Assembly: GCA_032718475.1 (NCBI GenBank)
Contig: JAUCBJ010008868.1
Coordinates: 23,248 to 87,247, forward strand
DNA length: 64,000 nucleotides
Origin: Nemertoderma westbladi
Lineage: Eukaryota; Animalia; Xenacoelomorpha
Direction: 5' to 3'
Below are positions 29,101 through 43,762 of the stretch, piece by piece (position 1 is the stretch's first letter; every line of letters starts with the position of its first letter). The notes under the pieces were generated by a model. The model saw only the letters and a list, made by a program, of their open reading frames with translations. It was not told where the DNA came from and did no database searches. Both the position numbers and the translations under genes were made by a program.

Positions 29101-32100
29101 CTGTGGAAGATCACCCATGGCGGTGAACAGGCATTCCTTTAGGAAACAGAGTGGAAGGGTTTACTGTGGAAGATCACCCATGGTGGTGAACAGGCATTCC
29201 TTTAGGAACCAGAGTGGAAGGGTTTACTGTGGAAGAGATCACCCATGGTGGTGAACAGGCATTCCTTTAGGAACCAGAGTGGAAGGGTTTACTGTGGAAG
29301 AGATCACCCATGGTGGTGAACAGGCATTCCTTTAGGGAACAGAGTGGAAGGGTTTACTGTGGAAGATCACCCATGGTGGTGAACAGGCATTCCTTTAGGA
29401 ACCAGAGTGGAAGGGTTTACTGTGGAAGATCACCCATGGTGGTGAACAGGCATTCCTTTAGGGAACAGAGTGGAAGGGTTTACTGTGGAAGATCACCCAT
29501 GGTGGTGAACAGGCATTCCTTTAGGAAACAGAGTGGAAGGGTTTACTGTGGAAGATCACCCATGGTGGTGAACAGGCATTCCTTTAGGAACAGAGTGGAA
29601 GGGTTTACTGTGGAAGATCACCCATGGTGGTGAACAGGCATTCCTTTAGGAACCAGAGTGGAAGGGTTTACTGTGGAAGATCACCCATGGTGGTGAACAG
29701 GCATTCCTTTAGGGAACAGAGTGGAAGGGTTTACTGTGGAAGATCACCCATGGTGGTGAACAGGCATTCCTTTAGGGAACAGAGTGGAAGGGTTTACTGT
29801 GGAAGGATCACCCATGGTGGTGAACAGGCATTCCTTTAGGAACCAGAGTGGAAGGGTTTACTGTGGAAGATCACCCATGGTGGTGAACAGGCATTCCTTT
29901 AGGGAACAGAGTGGAAGGGTTTACTGTGGAAGATCACCCATGGTGGTGAACAGGCATTCCTTTAGGAAACAGAGTGGAAGGGTTTACTGTGGAAGAGATC
30001 ACCCATGGTGGTGAACAGGCATTCCTTTGGGAAACAGAGTGGAAGGGTTTACTGCGGAAGATCACCCATGGTGGTGAACAGGCATTCCTTTAGGAACCAG
30101 AGTGGAAGGGTTTATTGTGGAAGAGATCACCCATGGTGGTAAACAGGCATTCCTTTAGGAAACAGAGTGGAAGGGTTTACTGTGGAAGATCACCCATGGT
30201 GGTGAACAGGCATTCCTTTAGGAACCAGAGTGGAAGGGTTTATTGTGGAAGAGATCACCCATGGTGGTGAACAGGCATTCCTTTAGGGAACAGAGTGGAA
30301 GGGTTTACTGTGGAAGATCACCCATGGTGGTGAACAGGCATTCCTTTAGGAACCAGAGTGGAAGGGTTTATTGTGGAAGAGATCACCCATGGTGGTGAAC
30401 AGGCATTCCTTTAGGGAACAGAGTGGAAGGGTTTACTGTGGAAGATCACCCATGGTGGTGAACAGGCATTCCTTTAGGGAACAGAGTGGAAGGGTTTACT
30501 GTGGAAGATCACCCATAGTGGTGAACAGGCATTCCTTTAGGGAACAGAGTGGAAGGGTTTACTGTGGAAGATCACCCATGGTGGTGAACAGGCATTCCTT
30601 TAGGAACCAGAGTGGAAGGGTTTATTGTGGAAGAGATCACCCATGGTGGTGAACAGGCATTCCTTTAGGGAACAGAGTGGAAAGGTTTACTGTGGAAGAT
30701 CACCCATGGTGGTGAACAGGCATTCCTTTAGGGAACAGAGTGGAAGGGTTTACTGTGGAAGAGATCACCCATGGTGGTGAACAGGCATTCCTTTAGGGAA
30801 CAGAGTGGAAGGGTTTACTATGGAAGATCATCCATGGTGGTGAACAGGCATTCCTTTGGGAAACAGAGTGGAAGGGTTTACTGTGGAAGATCACCCATGG
30901 TGGTGAACAGGCATTCCTTTAGGAAACAGAGTGGAAGGGTTTACTGTGGAAGATCACGAATGGTGGTGAACAGGCATTCCTTTAGGGAACAGAGTGGAAG
31001 GGTTTACTGTGGAAGAGATCACCCATGGTGGTGAACAGGCATTCCTTTAGGGAACAGAGTGGAAGGGTTTACTATGGAAGATCATCCATGGTGGTGAACA
31101 GGCATTCCTTTGGGAAACAGAGTGGAAGGGTTTACTGTGGAAGATCACCCATGGTGGTGAACAGGCATTCCTTTAGGAAACAGAGTGGAAGGGTTTACTG
31201 TGGAAGATCACCCATGGTGGTGAACAGGCATTCCTTTAGGAAACAGAGTGGAAGGGTTTACTGTGGAAGATCACCCATGGTGGTGAACAGGCATTCCTTT
31301 AGGGAACAGAGTGGAAGGGTTTACTGTGGAAGATCACCCATGGTGGTGAACAGGCATTCCTTTAGGGAACAGAGTGGAAGGGTTTACTGTGGAAGATCAC
31401 CAATGGTGATGGACAGGCATTCCTTTAGGAAACAGAGTGGAAGGGTTTACTGTGGAAGAGATCACCCATGGTGGTGAACAGGCATTCCGTTAGGAAACAG
31501 AGTGGAAGGGTTTACTGTGGAAGATCACCCATGGTGGTGAACAGGCATTCCTTTAGGAACCAGAGTGGAAGGGTTTACTGTGGAAGATCACCCATGGTGG
31601 TGAACAGGCATTCCTTTAGGGAACAGAGTGGAAGGGTTTACTGTGGAAGATCACCCATGGTGGTGAACAGGCATTCCTTTTGGAAACAGAGTGGAAGGGT
31701 TTACTGTGGAAGAGATCACCCATGGTGGTGAACAGGCATTCCTTTAGGGAACAGAGTGGAAGGGTTTACTGTGGAAGATCACCCATGGTGGTGAACAGGC
31801 ATTCCTTTAGGAACCAGAGTGGAAGGGTTTACTGTGGAAGATCACCCATGGTGGTGAACAGGCATTCCTTTAGGGAACAGAGTGGAAGGGTTTACTGTGG
31901 AAGATCACCCATGGTGGTGAACAGGCATTCCTTTAGGAAACAGAGTGGAAGGGTTTACTGTGGAAGATCACCCATGGTGGTGAACAGGCATTCCTTTAGG
32001 AACCAGAGTGGAAGGGTTTACTGTGGAAGATCACCCATGGTGGTGAACAGGCATTCCTTTAGGAAACAGAGTGGAAGGGTTTACTGTGGAAGATCACCCA

Positions 32101-35100
32101 TGGTGGTGAACAGGCATTCCTTTAGGAAACAGAGTGGAAGGGTTTACTGTGGAAGATCACCCATGGTGGTGAACAGGCATTCCTTTAGGGAACAGAGTGG
32201 AAGGGTTTACTGTGGAAGATCACCCATGGTGGTGAACAGGCATTCCTTTAGGGAACAGAGTGGAAGGGTTTACTGTGGAAGATCACCCATGGTGGTGAAC
32301 AGGCATTCCTTTAGGGAACAGAGTGGAAGGGTTTACTGTGGAAGATCACCCATGGTGGTGAACAGGCATTCCTTTAGGGAACAGAGTGGAAGGGTTTACT
32401 GTGGAAGATCACCCATGGTGGTGAACAGGCATTCCTTTAGGGAACAGAGTGGAAGGGTTTACTGTGGAAGATCACCAATGGTGGTGAACAGGCATTCCTT
32501 TAGGAAACAGAGTGGAAGGGTTTACTGTGGAAGATCACCCATGGTGGTGAACAGGCATTCCTTTAGGAACCAGAGTGGAAGGGTTTACTGTGGAAGATCA
32601 CCCATGGTGGTGAACAGGCATTCCTTTAGGGAACAGAGTGGAAGGGTTTACTGTGGAAGATCACCCATGGTGGTGAACAGGCATTCCTTTAGGGAACAGA
32701 GTGGAAGGGTTTACTGTGGAAGATCACCCATGGTGGTGAACAGGCATTCCTTTAGGAAACAGAGTGGAAGGGTTTACTGTGGAAGAGATCACCCATGGTG
32801 GTGAACAGGCATTCCGTTAGGAAACAGAGTGGAAGGGTTTACTGTGGAAGATCACCCATGGTGGTGAACAGGCATTCCTTTAGGAAACAGAGTGGAAGGG
32901 TTTACTGTGGAAGATCACCCATGGTGGTGAACAGGCATTCCTTTAGGAAACAGAGTGGAAGGGTTTACTGTGGAAGATCACCCATGGTGGTGAACAGGCA
33001 TTCCTTTAGGAAACAGAGTGGAAGGGTTTACTGTGGAGAGATCACCCATGGTGGTGAACAGGCATTCCTTTAGGGAACAGAGTGGAAGGGTTTACTGTGG
33101 AAGATCACCCATGGTGGTGAACAGGCATTCCTTTAGGAACCAGAGTGGAAGGGTTTACTGTGGAAGATCACCCATGGTGGTGAACAGGCATTCCTTTAGG
33201 GAACAGAGTGGAAGGGTTTACTGTGGAAGATCACCCATGGTGGTGAACAGGCATTCCTTTAGGGAACAGAGTGGAAGGGTTTACTGTGGAAGATCACCCA
33301 TGGTGGTGAACAGGCATTCCTTTAGGGAACAGAGTGGAAGGGTTTACTGTGGAAGATCACCCATGGTGGTGAACAGGCATTCCTTTAGGAAACAGAGTGG
33401 AAGGGTTTACTGTGGAAGATCACCCATGGTGGTGAACAGGCATTCCTTTAGGGAACAGAGTGGAAGGGTTTACTGTGGAAGATCACCCATGGTGGTGAAC
33501 AGGCATTCCTTTAGGGAACAGAGTGGAAGGGTTTACTGTGGAAGATCACCCATGGTGGTGAACAGGCATTCCTTTAGGGAACAGAGTGGAAGGGTTTACT
33601 GTGGAAGAGATCACCCATGGTGGTGAACAGGCATTCCTTTAGGGAACAGAGTGGAAGGGTTTACTGTGGAAGATCACCCATGGTGGTGAACAGGCATTCC
33701 TTTAGGGAACAGAGTGGAAGGGTTTACTGTGGAAGATCACCAATGGTGATGGACAGGCATTCCTTTAGGAAACAGAGTGGAAGGGTTTACTGTGGAAGAG
33801 ATCACCCATGGTGGTGAACAGGCATTCCGTTAGGAAACAGAGTGGAAGGGTTTACTGTGGAAGATCACCCATGGTGGTGAACAGGCATTCCTTTAGGAAC
33901 CAGAGTGGAAGGGTTTACTGTGGAAGATCACCCATGGTGGTGAACAGGCATTCCTTTAGGGAACAGAGTGGAAGGGTTTACTGTGGAAGATCACCCATGG
34001 TGGTGAACAGGCATTCCTTTTGGAAACAGAGTGGAAGGGTTTACTGTGGAAGAGATCACCCATGGTGGTGAACAGGCATTCCTTTAGGGAACAGAGTGGA
34101 AGGGTTTACTGTGGAAGATCACCCATGGTGGTGAACAGGCATTCCTTTAGGAACCAGAGTGGAAGGGTTTACTGTGGAAGATCACCCATGGTGGTGAACA
34201 GGCATTCCTTTAGGGAACAGAGTGGAAGGCTTTACTGTGGAAGATCACCCATGGTGGTGAACAGGCATTCCTTTAGGGAACAGAGTGGAAGGGTTTACTG
34301 TGGAAGATCACCCATGGTGGTGAACAGGCATTCCTTTAGGAACCAGAGTGGAAGGGTTTACTGTGGAAGATCACCCATGGTGGTGAACAGGCATTCCTTT
34401 AAGAAACAGAGTGGAAGGCTTTACTGTGGAAGATCACCCATGGTGGTGAACAGGCATTCCTTTAGGAAACAGAGTGTAAGGGTTTACTGTGGAAGATCAC
34501 CCATGGTGGTGAACAGGCATTCCTTTAGGGAACAGAGTGGAAGGGTTTACTGTGGAAGATCACCCATGGTGGTGAACAGGCATTCCTTTAGGGAACAGAG
34601 TGTAAGGGTTTACTGTGGAAGATCACCCATGGTGGTGAACAGGCATTCCTTTAAGAAACAGAGTGGAAGGCTTTACTGTGGAAGATCACCCATGGTGGTG
34701 AACAGGCATTCCTTTAGGGAACAGAGTGGAAGGGTTTACTGTGGAAGATCACCCATGGTGGTGAACAGGCATTCCTTTAGGGAACAGAGTGGAAGGGTTT
34801 ACTGTGGAAGAGATCACCCATGGTGGTGAACAGGCATTCCTTTAGGGAACAGAGTGGAAGGGTTTACTGTGGAAGATCACCCATGGTGGTGAACAGGCAT
34901 TCCTTTAGGAACCAGAGTGGAAGGGTTTACTGTGGAAGATCACCCATGGTGGTGAACAGGCATTCCTTTAGGGAACAGAGTGTAAGGGTTTACTGTGGAA
35001 GATCACCCATGGTGGTGAACAGGCATTCCTTTAAGAAACAGAGATGAAGGCTTTACTGTGGAAGATCACCCATGGTGGTGAACAGGCATTCCTTTAGGGA

Positions 35101-38100
35101 ACAGAGTGGAAGGGTTTACTGTGGAAGATCACCCATGGTGGTGAACAGGCATTCCTTTAGGAACCAGAGTGGAAGGGTTTACTGTGGAAGATCACCCATG
35201 GTGGTGAACAGGCATTCCTTTAGGAACCAGAGTGGAAGGGTTTATTGTGGAAGAGATCACCCATGGTGGTGAACAGGCATTCCTTTTGGAAACAGAATGG
35301 AAGGGTTTACAGTGGAAGATCACCAATGGTGGTGAACAGGCATTCCTTTAGGAACCAGAGTGGAAGGGTTTACTGTGGAAGAGATCACCCATGGTGGTGA
35401 ACAGGCATTCCTTTTGGAAACAGAATGGAAGGGTTTACAGTGGAAGATCACCAATGGTGGTGAACAGGCATTCCTTTGGGAAACAGAGTGGAAGGGTTTA
35501 CTGTGGAAGATCACCCATGGTGGTGAACAGGCATTCCTTTAGGAACGAGAGTGGAAGGGTTTACTGTGGAAGATCACCCATGGTGGTGAACAGGCATTCC
35601 TTTAGGAACCAGAGTGGAAGGGTTTACTGTGGAAGATCACCCATGGTGGTGAACAGGCATTCCTTTAGGAAACAGAGTGGAAGGGTTTACTGTGGAAGAT
35701 CACCAATGGTGGTGAACAGGCATTCCTTTAGGAAACAGAGTGGAAGGGTTTACTGTGGAAGATCACCCATGGTGGTGAACAGGCATTCCTTTAGGAACCA
35801 GAGTGGAAGGGTTTATTGTGGAAGATCACCCATGGTGGTGAACAGGCATTCCTTTAGGAACCAGAGTGGAAGGGTTTATTGTGGAAGAGATCACCCATGG
35901 TGGTGAACAGGCATTCCTTTAGGGAACAGAGTGGAAGGGTTTACTGTGGAAGATCACCCATGGTGGTGAACAGGCATTCCTTTAGGAACCAGAGTGGAAG
36001 GGTTTATTGTGGAAGAGATCACCCATGGTGGTGAACAGGCATTCCTTTAGGGAACAGAGTGGAAGGGTTTACTGTGGAAGATCACCCATGGTGGTGAACA
36101 GGCATTCCTTTAGGGAACAGAGTGGAAGGGTTTACTGTGGAAGATCACCCATAGTGGTGAACAGGCATTCCTTTAGGGAACAGAGTGGAAGGGTTTACTG
36201 TGGAAGATCACCCATGGTGGTGAACAGGCATTCCTTTAGGAACCAGAGTGGAAGGGTTTATTGTGGAAGAGATCACCCATGGTGGTGAACAGGCATTCCT
36301 TTAGGGAACAGAGTGGAAGGGTTTACTGTGGAAGATCACCCATGGTGGTGAACAGGCATTCCTTTAGGGAACAGAGTGGAAGGGTTTACTGTGGAAGAGA
36401 TCACCCATGGTGGTGAACAGGCATTCCTTTAGGGAACAGAGTGGAAGGGTTTACTGTGGAAGATCACCCATGGTGGTGAACAGGCATTCCTTTAGGGAAC
36501 AGAGTGGAAGGGTTTACTGTGGAAGATCACCAATGGTGATGGACAGGCATTCCTTTAGGAAACAGAGTGGAAGGGTTTACTGTGGAAGAGATCACCCATG
36601 GTGGTGAACAGGCATTCCGTTAGGAAACAGAGTGGAAGGGTTTACTGTGGAAGATCACCCATGGTGGTGAACAGGCATTCCTTTAGGAACCAGAGTGGAA
36701 GGGTTTACTGTGGAAGATCACCCATGGTGGTGAACAGGCATTCCTTTAGGGAACAGAGTGGAAGGGTTTACTGTGGAAGATCACCCATGGTGGTGAACAG
36801 GCATTCCTTTTGGAAACAGAGTGGAAGGGTTTACTGTGGAAGAGATCACCCATGGTGGTGAACAGGCATTCCTTTAGGGAACAGAGTGGAAGGGTTTACT
36901 GTGGAAGATCACCCATGGTGGTGAACAGGCATTCCTTTAGGAACCAGAGTGGAAGGGTTTACTGTGGAAGATCACCCATGGTGGTGAACAGGCATTCCTT
37001 TAGGGAACAGAGTGGAAGGCTTTACTGTGGAAGATCACCCATGGTGGTGAACAGGCATTCCTTTAGGGAACAGAGTGGAAGGGTTTACTGTGGAAGATCA
37101 CCCATGGTGGTGAACAGGCATTCCTTTAGGAACCAGAGTGGAAGGGTTTACTGTGGAAGATCACCCATGGTGGTGAACAGGCATTCCTTTAAGAAACAGA
37201 GTGGAAGGCTTTACTGTGGAAGATCACCCATGGTGGTGAACAGGCATTCCTTTAGGAAACAGAGTGTAAGGGTTTACTGTGGAAGATCACCCATGGTGGT
37301 GAACAGGCATTCCTTTAGGGAACAGAGTGGAAGGGTTTACTGTGGAAGATCACCCATGGTGGTGAACAGGCATTCCTTTAGGGAACAGAGTGTAAGGGTT
37401 TACTGTGGAAGATCACCCATGGTGGTGAACAGGCATTCCTTTAAGAAACAGAGTGGAAGGCTTTACTGTGGAAGATCACCCATGGTGGTGAACAGGCATT
37501 CCTTTAGGGAACAGAGTGGAAGGGTTTACTGTGGAAGATCACCCATGGTGGTGAACAGGCATTCCTTTAGGGAACAGAGTGGAAGGGTTTACTGTGGAAG
37601 AGATCACCCATGGTGGTGAACAGGCATTCCTTTAGGGAACAGAGTGGAAGGGTTTACTGTGGAAGATCACCCATGGTGGTGAACAGGCATTCCTTTAGGA
37701 ACCAGAGTGGAAGGGTTTACTGTGGAAGATCACCCATGGTGGTGAACAGGCATTCCTTTAGGGAACAGAGTGTAAGGGTTTACTGTGGAAGATCACCCAT
37801 GGTGGTGAACAGGCATTCCTTTAAGAAACAGAGATGAAGGCTTTACTGTGGAAGATCACCCATGGTGGTGAACAGGCATTCCTTTAGGGAACAGAGTGGA
37901 AGGGTTTACTGTGGAAGATCACCCATGGTGGTGAACAGGCATTCCTTTAGGAACCAGAGTGGAAGGGTTTACTGTGGAAGATCACCCATGGTGGTGAACA
38001 GGCATTCCTTTAGGAACCAGAGTGGAAGGGTTTATTGTGGAAGAGATCACCCATGGTGGTGAACAGGCATTCCTTTTGGAAACAGAATGGAAGGGTTTAC

Positions 38101-39723
38101 AGTGGAAGATCACCAATGGTGGTGAACAGGCATTCCTTTAGGAACCAGAGTGGAAGGGTTTACTGTGGAAGAGATCACCCATGGTGGTGAACAGGCATTC
38201 CTTTTGGAAACAGAATGGAAGGGTTTACAGTGGAAGATCACCAATGGTGGTGAACAGGCATTCCTTTGGGAAACAGAGTGGAAGGGTTTACTGTGGAAGA
38301 TCACCCATGGTGGTGAACAGGCATTCCTTTAGGAACGAGAGTGGAAGGGTTTACTGTGGAAGATCACCCATGGTGGTGAACAGGCATTCCTTTAGGAACG
38401 AGAGTGGAAGGGTTTACTGAGGAAGATCACCCATGGTGGTGAACAGCCATTCCTTTAGGAAACAGAGTGGAAGGGTTTACTGTGGAAGATCACCAATGGT
38501 GGTGAACAGGCATTCCTTTAGGAAACAGAGTGGAGGGGTGTACTGTGGAAGATCACCCATGGTAGTGAACAGGCATTCCTTTGGGAACCAGAGTGGAAGG
38601 GTTTAATGTGGAAGACCACCCATGGTGGTGGACAGGCATTCCTTTAGGAAACAGAGTGGAAGGGTTTACTGTGGAAGATCACCCATGGTGGTGAACAGGC
38701 ATTCCTTTAGGAACCAGAGTGGAAGGGTTTACTGTGGAAGATCACCCATGGTGGTGAACAGGCATTCCTTTAGGAACCAGAGTGGAAGGGTTAACTGTGG
38801 AAGATCACCCATGGTGGTGAACAGGCATTCCTTTAGGAAACAGAGTGGAAGGGTTTACTGAGGAAGAGATCACCCATGGTGGTGAAAAGGCATTCCTTTA
38901 GGAAACAGAATGGAAGGGTTTACTGTGGAAGATCACCCATGGTAGTGAACAGGCATTCCTTTAGGAACCAGAGTGGAAGGGTTTACTGTGGAAGATCACC
39001 CATGGTGGTGAACAGACATTCCTTTAGGAACGAGAGTGGAAGGGTTTACTGTAGAAGTTCACCCGTGGTGGTGAACAGGCATTCCTTTAGGAAACAGAGT
39101 GGAAGGGTTTACTGAGGAAGAGATCACCCATGGTGGTGAAAAGGCATTCCTTTAGGAAACAGAATGGAAGGGTTTACTGTGGAAGATCACCCATGGTGGT
39201 GAACAGGCATTCCTTTAGGAACCAGAGTGGAAGGGTTTACTGTGGAAGATCACCCATGGTGGTGAACAGACATTCCTTTAGGAACGAGAGTGGAAGGGTT
39301 TACTGTAGAAGTTCACCCATGGTGGTGAACAGGCATTCCTTTAGGAAACAGAGTGGAAGGGTTTACTGAGGAAGAGATCACCCATGGTGGTGAAAAGGCA
39401 TTCCTTTAGGAAACAGAATGGAAGGGTTTACTGTGGAAGATCACCCATGGTGGTGAACAGGCATTCCTTTAGGAACCAGAGTGGAAGGGTTTACTGTGGA
39501 AGATCACCCATGGTGGTGAACAGGCATTCCTTTAGGAAACAGAGTGGAAGGGTTTACTGTGGAAGATCACCAATGGCGGAGAACAGGCATTCCTTTAGGA
39601 AACAGAGTGGAAGGGTTTACTGTGGAAGATCACCCATGGTGGTGAACAGGCATTCCTTTAGGAACCAGAGTGGAAGGGTTTACTGTGGAAGATCACCCAT
39701 GGTGGTGAACAGGCATTCCTTTA
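2130..39723. repeat. Tandem satellite array, 63-bp monomer (65-bp variant with extra GA), roughly 590 copies
   Basis: Consensus GATCACCCATGGTGGTGAACAGGCATTCCTTTAGGAAACAGAGTGGAAGGGTTTACTGTGGAA repeated head-to-tail for ~37.6 kb. Left-edge copies are more diverged. Copy number estimated from length. Confidence 0.98.
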
Positions 39724-41852
39724 GTCTGTCCTTCACTGAACTCCAATTATATTATCTGATACGAGGTCTGTCCTTCACTGAACTCCATTTATATTACCTG
39801 ATACGAGGTCTGTCCTTCACTGAACTCCATTTATATTACCTGATACGAGGTCTGTCCTTCACTGAACTCCATTTATATTACCTGATACCAGTTCTGTTCT
39901 TCACTGAACTCCATTTATATTACCTGATACGAGGTCTGTCCTTCACTGAGCTCCATTTATATTACCTGATACGAGGTCTGTCCTTCACTGAACTCCATTT
40001 ATATTACCTGATACGAGGTCTGTCCTTCACTGAACTCCATTTATATTACCGGATACGAGGTCTGTCCTTCACTGAGCTCCATTTATATTACCTGATACGA
40101 GGTCTGTCCTTCACTGAACTCCATTTATATTACCTGATACGAGGTCTGTCCTTCACTGAACTCCATTTATATTACCTGATACGAGGTCTGTCCTTCACTG
40201 AACTCCATTTATATTACCTGATACGAGGTCTGTCCTTCACTGAACTCCATTTATATTACCTGATACGAGGTCTGTCCTTCACTGAACTCCATTTATATTA
40301 CCTGATACGAGGTCTGTCCTTCACTGAACTCCATTTATATTACCTGATACGAGGTCTGTCCTTCACTGAACTCCATTTATATTACCTGATACGAGGTCTG
40401 TCCTTCACTGAACTCCATTTATATTACCTGATACGAGGTCTGTCCTTCACTGAACTCCATTTATATTACCTGATACGAGGTCTGTCCTTCACTGAACTAC
40501 ATTTATATTACCTGATACGAGGTCTGTCCTTCACTGAACTACATTTATATTACCTGATACGAGGTCTGTCCTTCACTGAACTCCATTTATATTACCTGAT
40601 ACGAGGTCTGTCCTTCACTGAACTCCATTTATATTACCTGATACGAGGTCTGTCCTTCACTGAACTCCATTTATATTACCTGATACGAGGTCTGTCCTTC
40701 ACTGAACTCCATTTATATTACCTGATACGAGGTCTGTCCTTCACTGAACTCCATTTATATTACCTGATACGAGGTCTGTCCTTCACTGAACTCCATTTAT
40801 ATTACCTGATACGAGGTCTGTCCTTCACTGAACTCCATTTATATTACCTGATACGAGGTCTGTCCTTCACTGAACTCCATTTATATTACCTGATACGAGG
40901 TCTGTCCTTCACTGAACTCCATTTATATTACCTGATACGAGGTCTGTCCTTCACTGAACTCAATTTATATTACCTGATACGAGGTCTGTCCTTCACTGAA
41001 CTCCATTTATATTACCTGATACGAGGTCTGTCCTTCACTGAACTCCATTTATATTACCTGATACGAGGTCTGTCCTTCACTGAACTCCATTTATATTACC
41101 TGATACGAGGTCTGTCCTTCACTGAACTCAATTTATATTACCTGATACGAGGTCTGTCCTTCACTGAACTCAATTTATATTACCTGATACGAGGTCTGTC
41201 CTTCACTGAACTCAATTTATATTACCTGATACGAGGTCTGTCCTTCACTGAACTCCATTTATATTACCTGATACGAGGTCTGTCCTTCACTGAACTCCAT
41301 TTATATTACCTGATACGAGGTCTGTCCTTCACTGAACTCAATTTATATTACCTGATACGAGGTCTGTCCTTCACTGAACTCAATTTATATTACCTGATAC
41401 GAGGTCTGTCCTTCACTGAACTCCATTTATATTACCTGATACGAGGTCTGTCCTTCACTGAACTCCATTTATATTACCTGATACGAGGTCTGTCCTTCAC
41501 TGAACTCAATTTATATTACCTGATACGAGGTCTGTCCTTCACTGAACTCCATTTATATTACCTGATACGAGGTCTGTCCTTCACTGAACTCCATTTATAT
41601 TACCTGATACGAGGTCTGTCCTTCACTGAACTCCATTTATATTACCTGATACGAGGTCTGTCCTTCACTGAGCTCCATTTATATTACCTGATACGAGGTC
41701 TGTCCTTCACTGAACTCCATTTATATTACCTGATACGAGGTCTGTCCTTCACTGAACTCCATTTATATTACCTGATACGAGGTCTGTCCTTCACTGAACT
41801 CCATTTATATTACCTGATACGAGGTCTGTCCTTCACTGAACTCCGTTTATAT
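39724..41852. repeat. Tandem minisatellite, 42-bp monomer, 50 full copies plus a partial
   Basis: Consensus GTCTGTCCTTCACTGAACTCCATTTATATTACCTGATACGAG. Register is exact from 39724 to 41824 (50x42), so there is no net indel, and substitutions are few. Confidence 0.98.
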
Positions 41853-43762
41853 AAGTTTTGTGATTCTGTGGTTCTTTTGAGGGACCCCTGCCACGCACTG
41901 GTCCCGTTGCCATCGTTACCATTAGTACTCGTAGGTCCATTATGGTAGACCGAATGTTTATTTGGATCCAGTTTTCTGTTCCCGCGCCTGTAGAAAACAT
42001 TTAGTAGTCAGCAGATATATCATTATTGCATTAACTACCAATGAGAGCCAATCTCCATTAAATTCAGCTCATGATAGAATAAAAACGTTTTTGTCAATTT
42101 CCAAAATAGGGAGGTGCCCCCCCCCCCCCCCCCCCCCCCCCTTAAATTACCCTAGACCTCACGAAGATATATGCCAGGTATTAATCAGCTCAGGATTATG
42201 AACAAGGAAATGGCAGGTTTTGTTTTCATTTGGCGCGCAGCATAATTATTATATTCGGGAGAAGTCCTACTTCACTAATTCATTATCAACGTTAAAACAA
42301 TCTGTTTTTTTTTAATAGCCGCTTATTATGTAATAAATTAACAGATTTTAACAATATTTTATGTGCGATACTGCGATATTATAAGAGTGACACAGAGACG
42401 GCTGAATGAAACTGTGGCAGATCAAATGCTCGCTGGTACATGAGTAATAATTATACTAGCAATAGTTTTGCGGTAATTTGCAATGACAGAACAACGCGCG
42501 GAGGTTGCGTGGAAAATTTTGTAAGAAAGAGTGTGTCAGTACAGTTAGCTGAAAATTTTTTGAATATAGAAGTAGTCTTTTATGCAATACACATACTGTA
42601 CATGTGCGAACAGAGTGGTCCCTTTATGGAATTCTTTACCAGGAGAAGTAGTCGATTCACGTACCTAAAAAATGTTTTGTACAAATCTGAAAAACGTTGA
42701 TCTACTAAGTAAGGTTTTGCAAGTTTAATCGTTTTGATGAATAATATTATATTACAGTACATTGATTTATCTTATATTACATTAATATACAATGGTGCTT
42801 TTTTTCGTTGTAATTTTAAAAGTGTTGATTTACATTAATTACATGTGGCAACAGTTACGTTTATGGTAAATACTGTCATACTCTATGTAAAAATCATCGC
42901 GGCCTCCATAGTGCTATGCCTGGACGGTCTTCTCACATGCATACTGAAACATACTAACCTGCGTTTGTTTAATACTAATAATAATAAATAGAAAAGGAAA
43001 ATATGTCGACGCAGTACTGCAGTACTGTACAGTACCGGTAATGTTTAATAAAGACGCATGGAACCAGAAAATGTGCTAATATATTGTTGTACCAGTATGT
43101 ATATCATTTATTGAAGCCCATTTCTGCATTTAGTTCAGCCAACAATAAACAGCGGATATGTGAATCAAAATATTAAAATTATAGATGTCAGGATCTCAAT
43201 GATATATTTAATTGATGAATGAATATATACAGTATATGTTGAATATTTTTATAGGTGGTAAATACCACCACTACCACCCCCTTCGGTACGCCCTTGTCTA
43301 TAGCGGCAGTTTGGAAAACCCCACGTGGTTAAAAAAAATGGCGTAAAGAAATGGGGATTTTGTAGAGAAATCGGAGGGCGTTTATTGTTTTTCCATATTT
43401 CGAGTCTAGTGTTTAGTAGACATTCATTAATTTCTACAAATTTTCATCTCGCATATTTAAGAATCCGCCAACAACGTGGCTCGCTCCCATTGTGTAGCCT
43501 ATGATGAAGAGTGAAGTTTCCCATACTGAGGTAAAATGTATACTATTGCTGAAAAAAAATGGTTTTATATAGCAGATAGGGAGGCTGTTAATCCCTCACC
43601 AGCTGTATCTAAAAACATTGATGAATTATTTCACTATAAGGTAGCATTTGTAGTTTAACTTTAACGTAAAAACTTTCGAAAATCCGACGCATTTTGATTA
43701 AGTTACAGTAATGTATTATGCCTATTCATATTTGTACACATAAAACCCTTAGGTACTCTCGT

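Noticed and set aside
2214-39369. Numerous ORFs of repeating MVVNRHSFRKQSGRVYCGRSP
   Set aside because: Artefact of a 63-bp monomer with one stop-free frame; constantly broken by GA indels and TGA variants, so there is no sign of frame selection.
2130-41852. CRISPR array
   Set aside because: No unique spacers, no cas genes, eukaryotic retroelement context.
39724-41852. Hammerhead ribozyme in satellite monomers (CTGATACGAG)
   Set aside because: No intact CTGANGA core and no GAAA with pairing stems in either monomer on either strand.
39384-41948. 854-aa ORF (GLSFTELHLYYLIR repeats)
   Set aside because: Chance read-through across two tandem arrays with lengths divisible by 3; no unique domain.
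41853-43618. Short ORFs (41962, 42440, 42580) and poly-C tract between array and LTR
   Set aside because: Short, AT-rich, no recognisable motifs; at most remnants of small DNA transposons, which I cannot support.
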